Positions 1 to 12,463 of a stretch of DNA of 64,000 bases are shown piece after piece (the stretch's first letter is position 1; every line of letters starts with the position of its first letter). Source of the DNA: Rhizophagus irregularis (Eukaryota); assembly GCF_026210795.1 (NCBI RefSeq), contig NC_089429.1:2480001-2544000 (forward strand), written 5' to 3'. A program made the translations under genes and the position numbers. The notes beneath the pieces are model-generated. The model did not search any database, was not told the DNA's origin, and saw only the letters and a program-made list of their open reading frames with translations.

Positions 1-317
1 TTTTTCTTTGTTTTTAAAATTCTCTGTATAACTGATAAAGTAACATATACCTAACTAAAAATATACAAGTTTGTGATATTTATACAAAAAAACGTCAAAA
101 TATATAAAATTAATATATATAAATTACTTTAATACTTGCTAAAACAAACTTTAAAAATTCAAAGAAATGTATAATATTAATATTTTATTGTTTATAATAT
201 ATTTGATAAAAGTAAAAAAAGAAAAGACAGTATTTATATAATATAGGTTTCTAAGGTTTCCCATAAAAATAAAATGTATAAAGAAATAGGTGCGAGAAAA
301 AAAATATGAATCACGTG

Positions 318-799
318 TAGGGATTGGAATCGATTATCATTATTAGAATCGATTTTAGAATCGATTAATCGTCGATTAATCGTTAATCGAAATTATACTA
401 CTTCCGGTCACGTGACTATTAAAATTTATTAAGATCGGCATAAAAATTTCCTTTTTGGGAATTTTGTACAACATAACTTGAATTTCATTGGACAACAAAA
501 TTTCCTTTTTTTGGAATTTTGTTAATGTCACGTGACAACGACCTAACTTCTTATTAACGGACTACCCCAAAATGTCACGAAACGGCCGGCATTAAGAAAT
601 TAAGAAATTAACTATGTGACAAATAATGTGTGACAAATAGGTTTTTGTCAACCGAAATAAAACTAATACTTGTAGGAAATCTTATTAACGCTACTGCGCC
701 ACTATAAGTAAATTCGATTTTTATTCGATAATCGATTTAAAATCGATTCTTATCGATTTTCGATAAATTCGATTATTGTAAAATCGATTCCAATCCCTA
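318..799. mobile_element. hAT-like MITE (482 bp)
   Basis: Perfect 18-bp TIR TAGGGATTGGAATCGATT (318-335 / 782-799); 8-bp direct repeat ATCACGTG at 310-317 and 800-807; many internal AATCGATT copies; no ORF. An 8-bp TSD with TAGGG ends fits hAT. Confidence 0.88.
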
Positions 800-1590
800 A
801 TCACGTGCCCGAGATTTTTTGTTGGTTACTTAGCCTAGGTGGCCAACTCAAGGTTACACACACCATGGTCATGAGACTTAGAACTGCTAATTTTATAAGT
901 AACTATATAAAAATGCAAAAATACCCCATGTTTAAAGTGAGAGATGGGCCGATAATCAATATGATTAAAAAAAAATTATCCCCAAAAACAACAAAATCCA
1001 AAACTATACAAATCTATAATTTTTGTTGAAGTTCCGCGTTTATATCTTTCAAAAAATAGGATCAGCTATTTAGAATACCTCGAAATTATATAAAAGTTTA
1101 TTAAATACTTTAAAATAATACACAACAAAAGAAGAAACCGCTATTTTTAAATATTTTAAGTAAAAAAAATTTATCTTTTTATTGAGATCTCAAAAGTCTG
1201 TAATTTCTAACTTTCTATCGTCAAGTAATAAAAATATATAAAAATAAGAAAGAAATTAACCAGTGGCTCAATTTTGATGAAAAAAACTTTGCTTATATAG
1301 AGCTAATACGAACAAACTTAACTTCTGGGATCAGCTACTTTCCTATGTGTGCATGTCAAAAAAATAATATAATTATAAAGTGATGAAGAAAGTTTGCCTA
1401 ATAAGAATCTAATCTCTGATTATTTTTGATCGGCACTCACATGTGACATTGTGACGTTGCTTATTTTCTATTGAAAATTTTTTTTCATAATTGTATTTGA
1501 TTCTTGAAAGTTGAAAACACTTGAACATCGCTGACTTACAGCTCGTACAACCATTTATGAAAAAAAATATATACATGATATATAATCAAA

Positions 1591-3270
1591 ATGTCAAGCT
1601 ACTCTTCGCTATTTCGAGTACTTTTGCCATCCCGATTACAAACTAATTTCGAGGAAAATTCCCTACCCGCTAGGTTTAATGTTGTACCCAAATTGTTTTA
1701 TTTGTGTTATTACTTTTTTTGAACTTTGTTTCTAACTCTCGACTTTCGCGTTTGCAGATATATCATGATCGGCTGTTTTATTTTAGGTAGCGGTACTTCT
1801 TTTATCTTTGAGATCGGCACTTTCAGAGACTTTACAGAATTAAGTAAAGCCTTCTGGGAAAAGAACAAGGACTACTTTATCAATACTTGGAGTAATGAAT
1901 GAATTAAATCTCAAATTATGGAATGTTGAGATTCCTACCAGAAATAATAAAAAGTATTTGGAACTTAAGAATAATCTGCGTGTAGATATTGACGTTGAAC
2001 AAGAATTCGGAGGTATGGAGATAGATCAAACTTGGCTTATTAATTCAGGACCCAGAAATATATATAAAAGGGTCAGGTTTGAGTTTGCGTATTTTGAACT
2101 AAAAAAATCATGAAAATCTTTCCTTTTTTAGATAATTTTTGATAATGCCGGTCAGAATTTTATTTCCTAATATTGTAACCGACTGACATTATCATAATTC
2201 CGGTCCTGAAAAAATGCGTACAGCTCATAGTAAAAAAATTTTTTTCATCACCTGACCCCTATATATATATTTCTGGATCCTATTAATTCAACATTCACAG
2301 TACCGGAGCACATACACATCATCATCCAACCACCACCCGCCACCACCAGTAAGTGTCTCCCAATAGTTTACCTTTCGAACAAGAAATTTGGTGACATTGA
2401 TAACTGATTTTACTTCTTCCTCTTCCTTCATACATATTTGACTACATCAGATTCACTAGAGTGGAGCATTGCATCATTGGATACGAATTCTGTCATTTCG
2501 GATGTGGATGTGATTCTCTTTACATTCCACGAACTTTTTACAAGATGCTGTAACGGAAAGCTTGAGCTTCCTATTTTTAAGCCAGATAAAGCTCATCCTT
2601 ATCATGAATGATCTTCCTACAATAAATGGAAATGATGGGCTAACCGACACTACTGTTTTAGAAGAACTTTCACAGATAAAAGAGTGTTTAATAGTCTTGG
2701 GAGCTTCTGGCTCTGGGAAGACAAGGACATTAATTGAATTGTTATGTAAGAAGTACGGATTTTATTTTACAGGTCTTACAAAGGATGATCTGGGTTCGTG
2801 TGACCTTTCCATGATGATTGAACATTTACTTTCAAGATTGAAAAATCCATTAATTCACAATGGCTTTTATACTATGAGATATAGCAAATGTTTATTGTTT
2901 GCTCAAATTTATACTCTCAATTATATATTGAAAAATTGCGGAAAAATAAGTCCATACAATTGGGCTATCTTGTAGCTTTGTCCGACTCTTTTTTTTTGGT
3001 ATAGATATTTTTGAGAAAATGACCTTGAATTTCAGAAAAGTCCCAGAATATTTTTTGAATGATAAGATTCGGGAATTGATTCATAATATATTGTATCTTG
3101 TAAATCAGGTAGGATTTTCACATCTGCTTTTTTTCGCTTCAATCTGTTTAATTTATATTATGTACTGTTAATTTTTTAGAAAATGCTACCAGTAATTTTG
3201 GATGAGGCCCGAGAATTCATTGATCTCAACCATTGTATTCAGTAATTATTAGAGCTCAGGCATATCCTTT
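1591..3270 (+). pseudogene. Crinkler (CRN)-like N-terminal domain plus P-loop NTPase gene, disrupted
   Basis: ATG 1591, GT-AG intron 1674-1758, then IGCFILG...LKLWNVEIP...HIHIIIQPPPATT (LxLFLAK-/HVLVxxP-type CRN motifs). Downstream exon has Walker A GASGSGKT. Frameshift near 1890, MITE at 2048-2280, stop at 2973-2975. Confidence 0.8.
2048..2280. mobile_element. Mutator-like MITE (233 bp) inserted in CRN-like exon
   Basis: ~30-bp imperfect TIR GGA(C/T)CCAGAAATATATATA..GGGTCAGG; 10-bp direct repeat TATTAATTCA at 2038-2047 and 2281-2290. Confidence 0.85.
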
Positions 3271-4579
3271 TTTTATGATAAATTAATGGTAATAAGGGGT
3301 TATTGAAATACATAACAAATACATAATGATCATATGATAGGCACATGATAAATATAAGGATCATGAGGAAATCACATGTAGAATGAAAAGAAATTTTAAG
3401 TTACTAATGAAAAAAAACTATAGAATAGTTAAAGAAAGGAAATAATCAAGAAAATTATAATAAGATATTATAGGAAAACAATAAAGGAAAATACAATAAT
3501 TTTTAGAAGAAGAAATAAAAAAGGAAACAAATTCAATAAATTTCATTAGAAGTAAAATTTTAGATTGTTAAAAAGTCGCAGTAATTAATTAATAGACAAT
3601 CAACAAAAATGTTCAAATGATTTAAAATATATGATTGATAGGAAGATTAGCAAAAGTGCAGAAAATTGATCAATGAGAATTCAAATTGGAAGAATTAACA
3701 AATTAGAAAAATATTTTGAAAATGATGTCAGAAAAATCATAAACCTATAGTGAGAAAAGGGTAAAATCTTGAACCAAACAATTAGAAATTACTAAATAAA
3801 GAAAACTTGGAAATACGAGGTGATACAAGAGCGCAGTAAAAGTCATATAATAGGTATAGCAGAAGTCACATGATGAGGCATAGCAAAAGCTGGATCCAAG
3901 TACGATTCATGAAACTAAGTATAGAATGATTAGTTTAGCTTAGTTTAATTTAATCGGTATAAAACCCGAAGTTTGATTCTAGAATTAGGAATAACCAAGC
4001 ATAGTATAGTTAAAATTAATTATAAACTCATATAGCTAGTTTTGAATTTTATTATGGGACACAATATTTTCAATGGGAGAATAATGTAGCTTCATTAATA
4101 ATTAATTGTTAAAATTATTATTTAATGATGGTAGGTACAAATAGGATTATAGACAGTAATGCAGGTCACTCCTGTCATATGAGTATAAACTGGACATATG
4201 TAATGTTTTGTATTACATAGTTCTTTATTTTCTTTGAATAAATTATTATTGATTATTGGTTTATTAATTATACTTTGGTATATTATTATGTTATCACTAA
4301 TCCTTATTCATGAGATGCAGGTTGATGTGACAATGTTTGTATAATAGAACCTGAGTGTTTCACCATATTATATGAGATTGTTTGCAAGGGTGATTCCAAA
4401 TATGACTACCTAGGCTATTTGGTTAAGTTGTTTGTTCTTGCTATATATACTGTATGGGTTCTTGTCGTAAAATCAATCTAATGAAGTTTTTTTGAGTACC
4501 TGGGCTTTGTTATATATATACTGATATTACTACTTATCATTATCCTTTCTATTAATAGTCTCCATTATTACCAGACAAT

Positions 4580-5510
4580 TGTAAATCTGAGGATGAAGTA
4601 ATAATGGTAGAAACAAATAGTGAATCTGAAGATAAATTATTAATGGCGAAAACAAATCATGGAGAGGTAATTATTAAACTTTATAAGTGTCAAAAGGTGA
4701 AGTTTGATGCAATGTGCAATATAACCCTAAAAATATATGAAAGTCATAATAAAATTCAGATATTCAAAAATTTTTAAATTCAACATGTTTGAATATGATA
4801 ATTTTACATGATTTACAAATGAATATTTGAATATTAGCTAATTTTTAATGGAAATTCTAGTAGCATCAATTGAGCCTCACTAATTCCTTAACTCCATTCA
4901 GACTCAAGAATTACCAACTGAAGAAAAGATAGAATATAATCCAACTGAAGAAAATGAAGAAAATGTTGATCTAATAACTGGAGAAAATAAAGATGAGACA
5001 GAACTTGATCTTCATGAGCCATCTGTCATTCATGTCAATGAAGACAATTCAGAAGAAAGTTTGAACTGGAATATGATAAAGAAAAAAGTAGAAACATATC
5101 GAAATCAGTTGAAAAAGGGAAAATATGCTGTTGAGTAAGCTTTATTTTTGTATAATTATTGTATTTATAGCATTTTCTAACTTTTATATAATTTCATTTT
5201 TAGTACACTATTATTATTTAATTAACCACTCCAATTTCCATGGTTCAACAACAACAACAAAACTAATATCTGACTTTTTTCCCAAAATGTTGAATGCACT
5301 TCCAAAAAATATGCAGTTTTGTATTCCAACAATTTCTAAAGAAGCAACAAAATTATTTAATCTACTTTTGAGGGTAAATCACTATTTTTTTATTACTTAA
5401 AAACAATAAGCCAATAAAACATAATTTTATAGAGTTTTTATATTGCTGATGTTAGAACAGTAATAGAAGAGGAAAACTTATTAAAGGGCTTGCCATTAAT
5501 ATAATCATCA
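4580..5510 (+). pseudogene. Degraded spliced gene fragment of unknown family (acidic region)
   Basis: Acidic coding-like stretch (ELPTEEKIEYNPTEENEENVD...KGKYAVE) followed by GTAAG...TAG intron and a further exon (INHSNFHG...NLLLR); stops present; no family recognised. Confidence 0.35.
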
Positions 5511-5618
5511 TAACCAGCTTAGATTTTAGAATTTAACAGATAATTACAGTTAATTTTCAGATATAGTTTTTAGATTAGTTTATTTAGAATTTAACATGTA
5601 ATTGAATTTAACAGGTAA

Positions 5619-8600
5619 GGGAGCTTACATATATTACGTAATTATTGGAGGGGGGGGGAGTTTTCTAATATCTCACATCTAGATTAGCCAATCGGAATAT
5701 AGAACCAAAGCACATGACGATTTACATTCGTAACTGGTAATACATGCATTTGAACATAAAATACAAACGGTTTTGATACAAATAAATATATTGTTTTTAA
5801 GAGATATAAAATAATAGAAACTTTATTTATTAATAAACATGACATATCAAAGTACATGTAGTTTTAATATTTCAGAATAATAGTTTTTTCTAACAGAGAC
5901 ACTTTGTAACACTTTCTTAATACTCACCTTCTGATTGTATTTCTCAGTCATGTATTACGACAAATACTTGTTCAGCTGGCACGGGCATAACTGAAAAATC
6001 ATCAATAGAATTGGTAAATGACTTTTTTTGCTTAGCTGGTCGTCCTCTTCGTTTTGGATGTTGAATTTTTTTATGAAGGCTAACGATAGAAAGTGTTGGG
6101 AAATATGCATTGCAGATAGGACAGCAGAGACGATTATAAGTATCCGAACTAATAGAAGGACAATGGGTATCGTATCCGGGTATTTTGAGTTTATTGAAAT
6201 ACTCTAATATATGAAGAGGATTCAAGTAGTGCCCATCTTTTCCTTTTGTTACAGGTGGCAGAAAACCATTATTTTCTGCGAGAAGAATAGCTGCTTCTTC
6301 ACAACGTTTAGGTAGACAGCAAAGAGAATCTTCACATTTTTTAATGTCAAGTGAGTATTGGCATATTTTAGTGTGATTTTCTATCCATTGCCAAGGTACA
6401 GATTCATCGGTATTTTCTTTATCACATCCAGGAAACATAATATCGTCAAATGGAAGGCTTTTTTGATCAATATATTGTGTTGTTACCGGTCTTCCGAAGA
6501 TAGGATCACGTTCCCAAAGAGTGCACAAAGTTTCGCCAGCATAACGCATATTCTTCATTGCAAGCTCTGAATCAACTACTTTACCTTGAGAATTGAGGTG
6601 AGAGCCATATTTATCAATCGGTAATGTTATGCCAGCTAGTTTTTGAGAAAGTGTTGCCATACTACGCTCAACAGGGTTGTATGCCGATTGACCAGGTGCA
6701 TGTGTTCGAACAGAAAGATAATCAATGTCAAAAGCATGGAACATTCTGCAATATTGAATGATATTTTTCATGTGGCGAGGATTTTCATCTGGACCTCCAT
6801 CAACTAAAAGAATCCAAATGGGTTTGATCTGCTCATTAACTTTTAGTATTTCGTCAAAACGGCTATCTTGTACCAGAGAATTCAGGTCGCTCATGTGAGA
6901 AGTTGAGCTTGTACCAATTTGGTATTGCGGACGTACAAAAATTGAAAGTTGACCATTACGAAAAGTATCATTTGTATCACTTGGGTTAATGAGTAAATAG
7001 ACGGACGGAATAAGTTTTTGCTGCATTCCAATTGGAAAATCATGATCAGGTAGTCTAACTAGTTCTCGAAAACTTTGCATTGTTTTGAAAGTTCTTCCAA
7101 CTGCAGGGATACCGAGAGGAACCTTGGCTTTGTCATCTTGTGAAATGATAACGGAATGAGTTGGAAATAAAGCTGCAAATTGTTTTGCTCCTTTAACGGA
7201 AGCAAGACAATAATGCTCATCAGAATGTTCTTTTTTTTCATCTCTAGAAACGGAGGCAATTGCAATGTTAGCAGGGTGGTGATGAGCTCTTGCTGCTATA
7301 GAATTTGATCGAGATGGTAGCAGGTAATTGCTGAGGGTGGTACGAGAAAGGTATTCATTATATTTTGAATTGAGTTCTTCTTGGAGGTGGCGGATGGTTC
7401 TGACTTTAATGACTTCCTTCCTTCTTTTTTTATCTGCAGCTCCAAACTCGATACATTCATGTATATGTTCATGTAAATCGGGATATTGGACCAAAAGAGT
7501 TGGGCGACCAGGAGACTCATACATCATTACTTCTTGATGTTCATGTAGGTGTTTCGTTTTTTTTTCTCTGCATTTACGTTGGTAGCTTGCTTGGCGCTTC
7601 AGTTTTTTAACCTTATTATTTTCGTTGCATAAAATTTCCTTAAGGTTTGTTATGCGCTCCATTAAATTACACCAAATTTCTGGATCACTAGTTGAATTGT
7701 ATATTCGTTGAAGTTCTGCAAGTTTTATGTTAGTTGCATTAATAGTTTCTACGGCTTTTTTCTGTGCAGAAGCATTTGGAGGTAGATTAACATCAGCAAT
7801 GATAGTCTCCTCTATTGGTTTTTGAGAGGTCTGGGACTCGATGGATTTTGATCTTTGTGATGGGCCAACAGGTCTCGAACTGTTAGTTTGCAGAAAACCT
7901 TGGATTGGAACAGGAGTTGTCAGATATTCCCAGATTTTACTTTCAATTTCATCTTGAGGTTTACACCTAATTTCTTTCCATGCATTAGTACATTCTGTAC
8001 ACAGACTTATTTTTGGATACGCCGGGTTTCTTGCATTCACCATTTGATAATATCCAAAAGCGTTACAGAATCTTTGGTGTTGATTTGTAGGAGTTTTATA
8101 AATGTAAAACTTATTATATTTTGGTGTAGTTAGGAAGGTCTGCATGTTAAAGAAGTTTCGGATAAAGAAATCAAAGTGGCGACGCGATCAGATCATTATT
8201 ACGCGATATTAGATATTACAGATCACGTTGAAGAATCACATGTACATAGTTGCGAAAATTTTTTTTCAAATTGATCTGATTTATTGATTTATTGATAATA
8301 AATTTATTTACTGTATTCGTAAAATCGTAAAATTCCTTTCTTAATTTATTTTCTTCATAATATGGTGTGTGCAAACATAACATTGGCAAGAGAGTGTTTC
8401 AAAATTTATGTTAAATAGAAAAAAAAACACCGAAAATTTTAGGTGGTGTGTCAAAAAAGAAATTTCATTTTTTTCTTTTTTTTTATTGAAAATTAGATTG
8501 ATGGGAAAAAGTTGTAGTATTTTTAACGGATGACAATGTGATTTTATTGTGTGACAGGTTATACTAATCTATATATGATATTTGTTTATAAACAGATTTC

Positions 8601-8711
8601 AGCCAAAAGAATATTATCAATTACGTTCACGTGATATCATAATCTCACTAGGGGGGGGGAGGGGGTTCGACTATATAGTAATTCATAATTACGTAATATA
8701 TGTAAGCTCCC
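5619..8711 (-). mobile_element. Zator-superfamily DNA transposon, full length (3093 bp)
   Basis: Perfect 27-bp TIR GGGAGCTTACATATATTACGTAATTAT at 5619-5645 and 8685-8711; TAA at 5616-5618 and 8712-8714; one long internal transposase ORF. Confidence 0.88.
5944..8145 (-). CDS. Zator/TP36 (ISAzo13-related) DDE transposase, 733 aa
   Basis: Uninterrupted ORF with SQDDKAKV, DHDF, VDGGPDENP and APGQSAYNPVERSM, matching the TP36/Zator motif order. C-terminal C2H2-like CPIC..HKKIQH and AT-hook-like KRRGRPAK. Confidence 0.82.
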   Translation of the reverse strand: MQTFLTTPKYNKFYIYKTPTNQHQRFCNAFGYYQMVNARNPAYPKISLCTECTNAWKEIRCKPQDEIESKIWEYLTTPVPIQGFLQTNSSRPVGPSQRSKSIESQTSQKPIEETIIADVNLPPNASAQKKAVETINATNIKLAELQRIYNSTSDPEIWCNLMERITNLKEILCNENNKVKKLKRQASYQRKCREKKTKHLHEHQEVMMYESPGRPTLLVQYPDLHEHIHECIEFGAADKKRRKEVIKVRTIRHLQEELNSKYNEYLSRTTLSNYLLPSRSNSIAARAHHHPANIAIASVSRDEKKEHSDEHYCLASVKGAKQFAALFPTHSVIISQDDKAKVPLGIPAVGRTFKTMQSFRELVRLPDHDFPIGMQQKLIPSVYLLINPSDTNDTFRNGQLSIFVRPQYQIGTSSTSHMSDLNSLVQDSRFDEILKVNEQIKPIWILLVDGGPDENPRHMKNIIQYCRMFHAFDIDYLSVRTHAPGQSAYNPVERSMATLSQKLAGITLPIDKYGSHLNSQGKVVDSELAMKNMRYAGETLCTLWERDPIFGRPVTTQYIDQKSLPFDDIMFPGCDKENTDESVPWQWIENHTKICQYSLDIKKCEDSLCCLPKRCEEAAILLAENNGFLPPVTKGKDGHYLNPLHILEYFNKLKIPGYDTHCPSISSDTYNRLCCPICNAYFPTLSIVSLHKKIQHPKRRGRPAKQKKSFTNSIDDFSVMPVPAEQVFVVIHD

Positions 8712-9786
8712 TAATTTTTAGTAATTTTTAAATATAGTTTTTAGATTAGTTTATTACTTTGTAGTTTATTTTTCTTTTCACTACTTAATGAATCATATTG
8801 TTTGTAAAATAGTAGTAGTATAAAGAAATCAAAAGATTTATAATTATATATTGTAATAATATATACAGTATAAAGAAAAATTTTGTACAAGTACGAAAAA
8901 AAAATTTGGAATATTATATTGTGTCAATATATTATAAATTTTAAAATTGATGATTAATCATGATATAATTAAAAATTTTTTTAAGGATTAAAATCAGAGA
9001 GTTTAGATTGATTAACCAATAAAAAATTTTTTTATCGGAACCGTATCAATGATACGTAAAACCGGGTGCATTATTATTATTTTTTTTTTTATTAAATTCT
9101 TTCTATTATAGAAACGTCAAGAAGATATTTATTTTATATTATTACACATTACCAATATTATAAAATTATACCGCTCATAAATTTTAGGTACATTATTAAA
9201 TTTTAGTATACATTTAATTAATAGTGAATATCATTCATTATTTTTCATTTCGTTAATTTTTTCATTAATTTTTTCTAAAAAAATTTCTTGAGAATTTTCT
9301 TGAGAAGAATTTAATGGAATATTTTCTTGATAACCTTATAGTAGAATCAGTATACCTTTGATATCAGACGAATTATCATCATCAAATTTCCAAATCGAAA
9401 GTTTCATCAAAATCTGTCATCATCAAAATCTTTCTTATACCATTCTTAAAAATTTTTAGATTGATTAATATAATAAATATATTTTGGTTCGGGTTCATCA
9501 GGTCAATAATGAAATTGTTCTAATGTTTCATAATCTTATTATTTGATTTATTCTAAATATTAATAAAGCTTACTTGTTAGCCGTTTCCACTTAATGCATC
9601 TGATTTTTACATTAATTTTAGGATTATTGGGGTTCTTAAGTATAATAAACCTAGATACAATAAAGAAAGTAAAGGGACGAAAGGGACTAAGGGAAGTGAA
9701 AGGAAGGGAAAGGAGAAGGAAGGAAGGGAAAGGGGACAAATAAAAAAAAAATGAAAGTAAATAAAATAAACTAGGAAATGTTCTAC

Positions 9787-10885
9787 TTGCTCCTCCAACT
9801 AAACCATTTAAAGATGTTTACGAACTTGCAAAAATATCTCGTGGTCTATCATCAATGATCACTTATCGTGATAGACTTAGAGATGTTTTATTAGAAGTTG
9901 TACCAGTACAATGGAATAAAAAATGTATTGAATATGTGGAGACTCAAGAAGGAGTTTGTGTATTTTTTGAAATGGTACGCAAGAATTTTGTAATATATTA
10001 GTTGGTGCAGATGGAATTAATTCTCCAAGTAAGTTGGTAGATATTTTTATGTAATGTCATAATTTTCAATTTATTTTTTTTTCTTTATTAGTACTAAAAC
10101 ATAAATTACCATGTTAGTGCAGATATTTCTATACCTAAACATCTTATGGACAAGGCAAATAAAATCCATGAAAATGTTTTTGCCCATAAAACTCTTGGAA
10201 CAAAAGGAGATTCTTCATTTATTATGACACGCTTAATACCAATCAAACAAGAACAAAATGATGAAAAAATGAACCTCATTATAGAGCAACATTAGTTTAT
10301 TCTTATCCCTCCGAACTGGATAATGTTGAATCTGAAAAAGTTAAAGTTGATGATAATGATCCTGCATCAGTCATCAAACATGTTAAACGATTAATTCGAA
10401 CATTAAGACCAGATTGTGAATTGACTAATTTATTGTTAGAATTATGGGATTTGGCACCTAAAACAATTCCAAATGATCCTCCATTTAAAACTTATAATTC
10501 TATACAGCGAAGAATGATGCGAAATATTGATCCAATGTCTATCAAATCATGGTCAAGTAATCGAGTTGTATTATTAGGAGATGCTGCTTATGCTATGAGT
10601 CCTATATTAGGATTAGGAGCAAATAATGCTATTCAAGATGCTGATAAACTTTCTCAAGCATTACTTAGATATACTGATGATAATACTTCTTTTATTGAAG
10701 AATATGAAAAAGAAAAACGAACATCTGCTGATCACAGCTGATGTATTAAAATCTAGAAATGTCACGTTTAAGACTTCCACACCACTTGGCCTTTTGGCGT
10801 TATTATTAGAGACAACATTTTAAAGTTTATAAACGTTATGATAAACTTTTATAGTTTTGCGGATAATTTAATTTTCAAGAATTAA
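9787..10885 (+). pseudogene. FAD-dependent monooxygenase (FAD_binding_3 type), 5'-truncated and frameshifted
   Basis: ILVGADGINS motif (~9995-10025) and RVVLLGDAAYAMSPILGLGANNAIQDA motif; N-terminal GxGxxG region absent; several frameshifts. Confidence 0.85.
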
Positions 10886-12463
10886 AAAACTATTAATATT
10901 ATTATTTTTAGAATCTTAGAATCATAACATGTAAGTACATATACATAATATACATATAATAAATAATATATAGATTGTATAAAATATATGGATAGAACAA
11001 ATACTGTGTATTTATTAGGATTATTAGGATCATGCTCTTTTCGCATTATTAAAATTTTTTTTCTTATCCAAATAAATAATTGAATCTAGATATATTTTTT
11101 TAAACCTGTTTTTTTTTTCAAAAATCGGATAACCAAAATATAACTTTGTTTTCCTTGGTTAAAAAATGTTGACACTTAAGTTACATTTTTCATTAAACGT
11201 TATTAATTTAAATGAAAAAATCCTAGTACCCAAGACACAGGTAGTATATACAGTATAGTATATGTGCTTTTTCCAAATATAATTTTGTCCAAAATTAGCA
11301 GCGAGTATTTTAAAATTTGTAGCTGAACTCGATACTGGGGAATAATAATACTATTGCAGTGTGTAATTGCACAATTGGTAATTACCTACTGAGTGATATG
11401 CTGACAGATTAATTATGAAAAGTTTGTACTTAATTAATAAAAATTTCCTTATTTTTTATAAAAAAAATTTTTTCCATAAAAGTAACGAATCTATAGGAAT
11501 GTTACGCCATTATATTTTGACGGATTATTTTATATCGTAAATATTTAAAATAAGAGATAAAATATCAAATTAAATCTGACGTTTAATTTTAAAATTACTA
11601 AAATATTCGTTTAAATTGTATTGGGATAATAATTATAAAATCTTGAAATATAAAATACCTTCAATTATCAAATGAAAAATAACAAGTTTTGATCTTAGAC
11701 ATAGCAGTGAGTTTTAAACGGTTTCATGCGACCGAGTTTAAAAGATAAAAATAAAAATTTCAAAAACCTTATAAAATCTTCGATCCAATAGATTTCATAT
11801 GTACATTAAAGTATCTTTTTTAAGTTTTATTAAATTGCAATTATCTTTAACCTATTTGCTATTCCTTTTTATGAAGTGTAATTGAATTCAATATTAATAA
11901 TTTTTATAGTTCTAAAGTCTCAAACAAATATAAGATATAATTTTTCAATTGTTCAAATTTACAAGTGGGAAAGACCCTGTAATCGCATATCCTGATATAG
12001 TCCGTTGTCATTCTCTATAAATTAATAAAAAAGTTGTGTAAGATTTATTATAATTTAAATTATTTTATAATTTGACATTTATTCTAAAGAAACCCAAATC
12101 AGTAAATTATCAAAAATTATTGAAAATATTTTGTATATCGCTACTTGATATTTAAATTAATAACATGATTATATATGATCGAAAATTTTATTTAATAAAA
12201 AATTTAAATACAATAATAAATAGAAATTTGTAAAAAATTTAAAACAAAAAAAAAAGTTGCTCACGATAACATATCACGATTCACGAACTACGCAAAATAT
12301 TACTTTCAATCTAAATAGTCTGATTAAAATCATCTCTCAAAATATATTTTTTTAACCTTTAGATTTACTATTTTAACCTAAAAATAGAATTTTTTAATTA
12401 AATATACGAATAAAAAAATCAGAGTTTAATTAATATACCGTATGTTTAAATTTACCATCTTTA

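Noticed and set aside
3288..4218. Solo LTR
   Set aside because: LTR-like texture and a ..TATTACA end, but no TG start, TSD or second copy.
6358..8133. Short ORFs overlapping the transposase, and similar antisense ORFs over the kinase, F-box and LINE ORFs
   Set aside because: Shadow frames of longer recognisable ORFs; no motifs.
5619..8711. PIF/Harbinger assignment from GGG ends and TAA TSD
   Set aside because: Single ORF with TP36/Zator-type motifs; no Harbinger DDE motifs or second Myb/SANT ORF.
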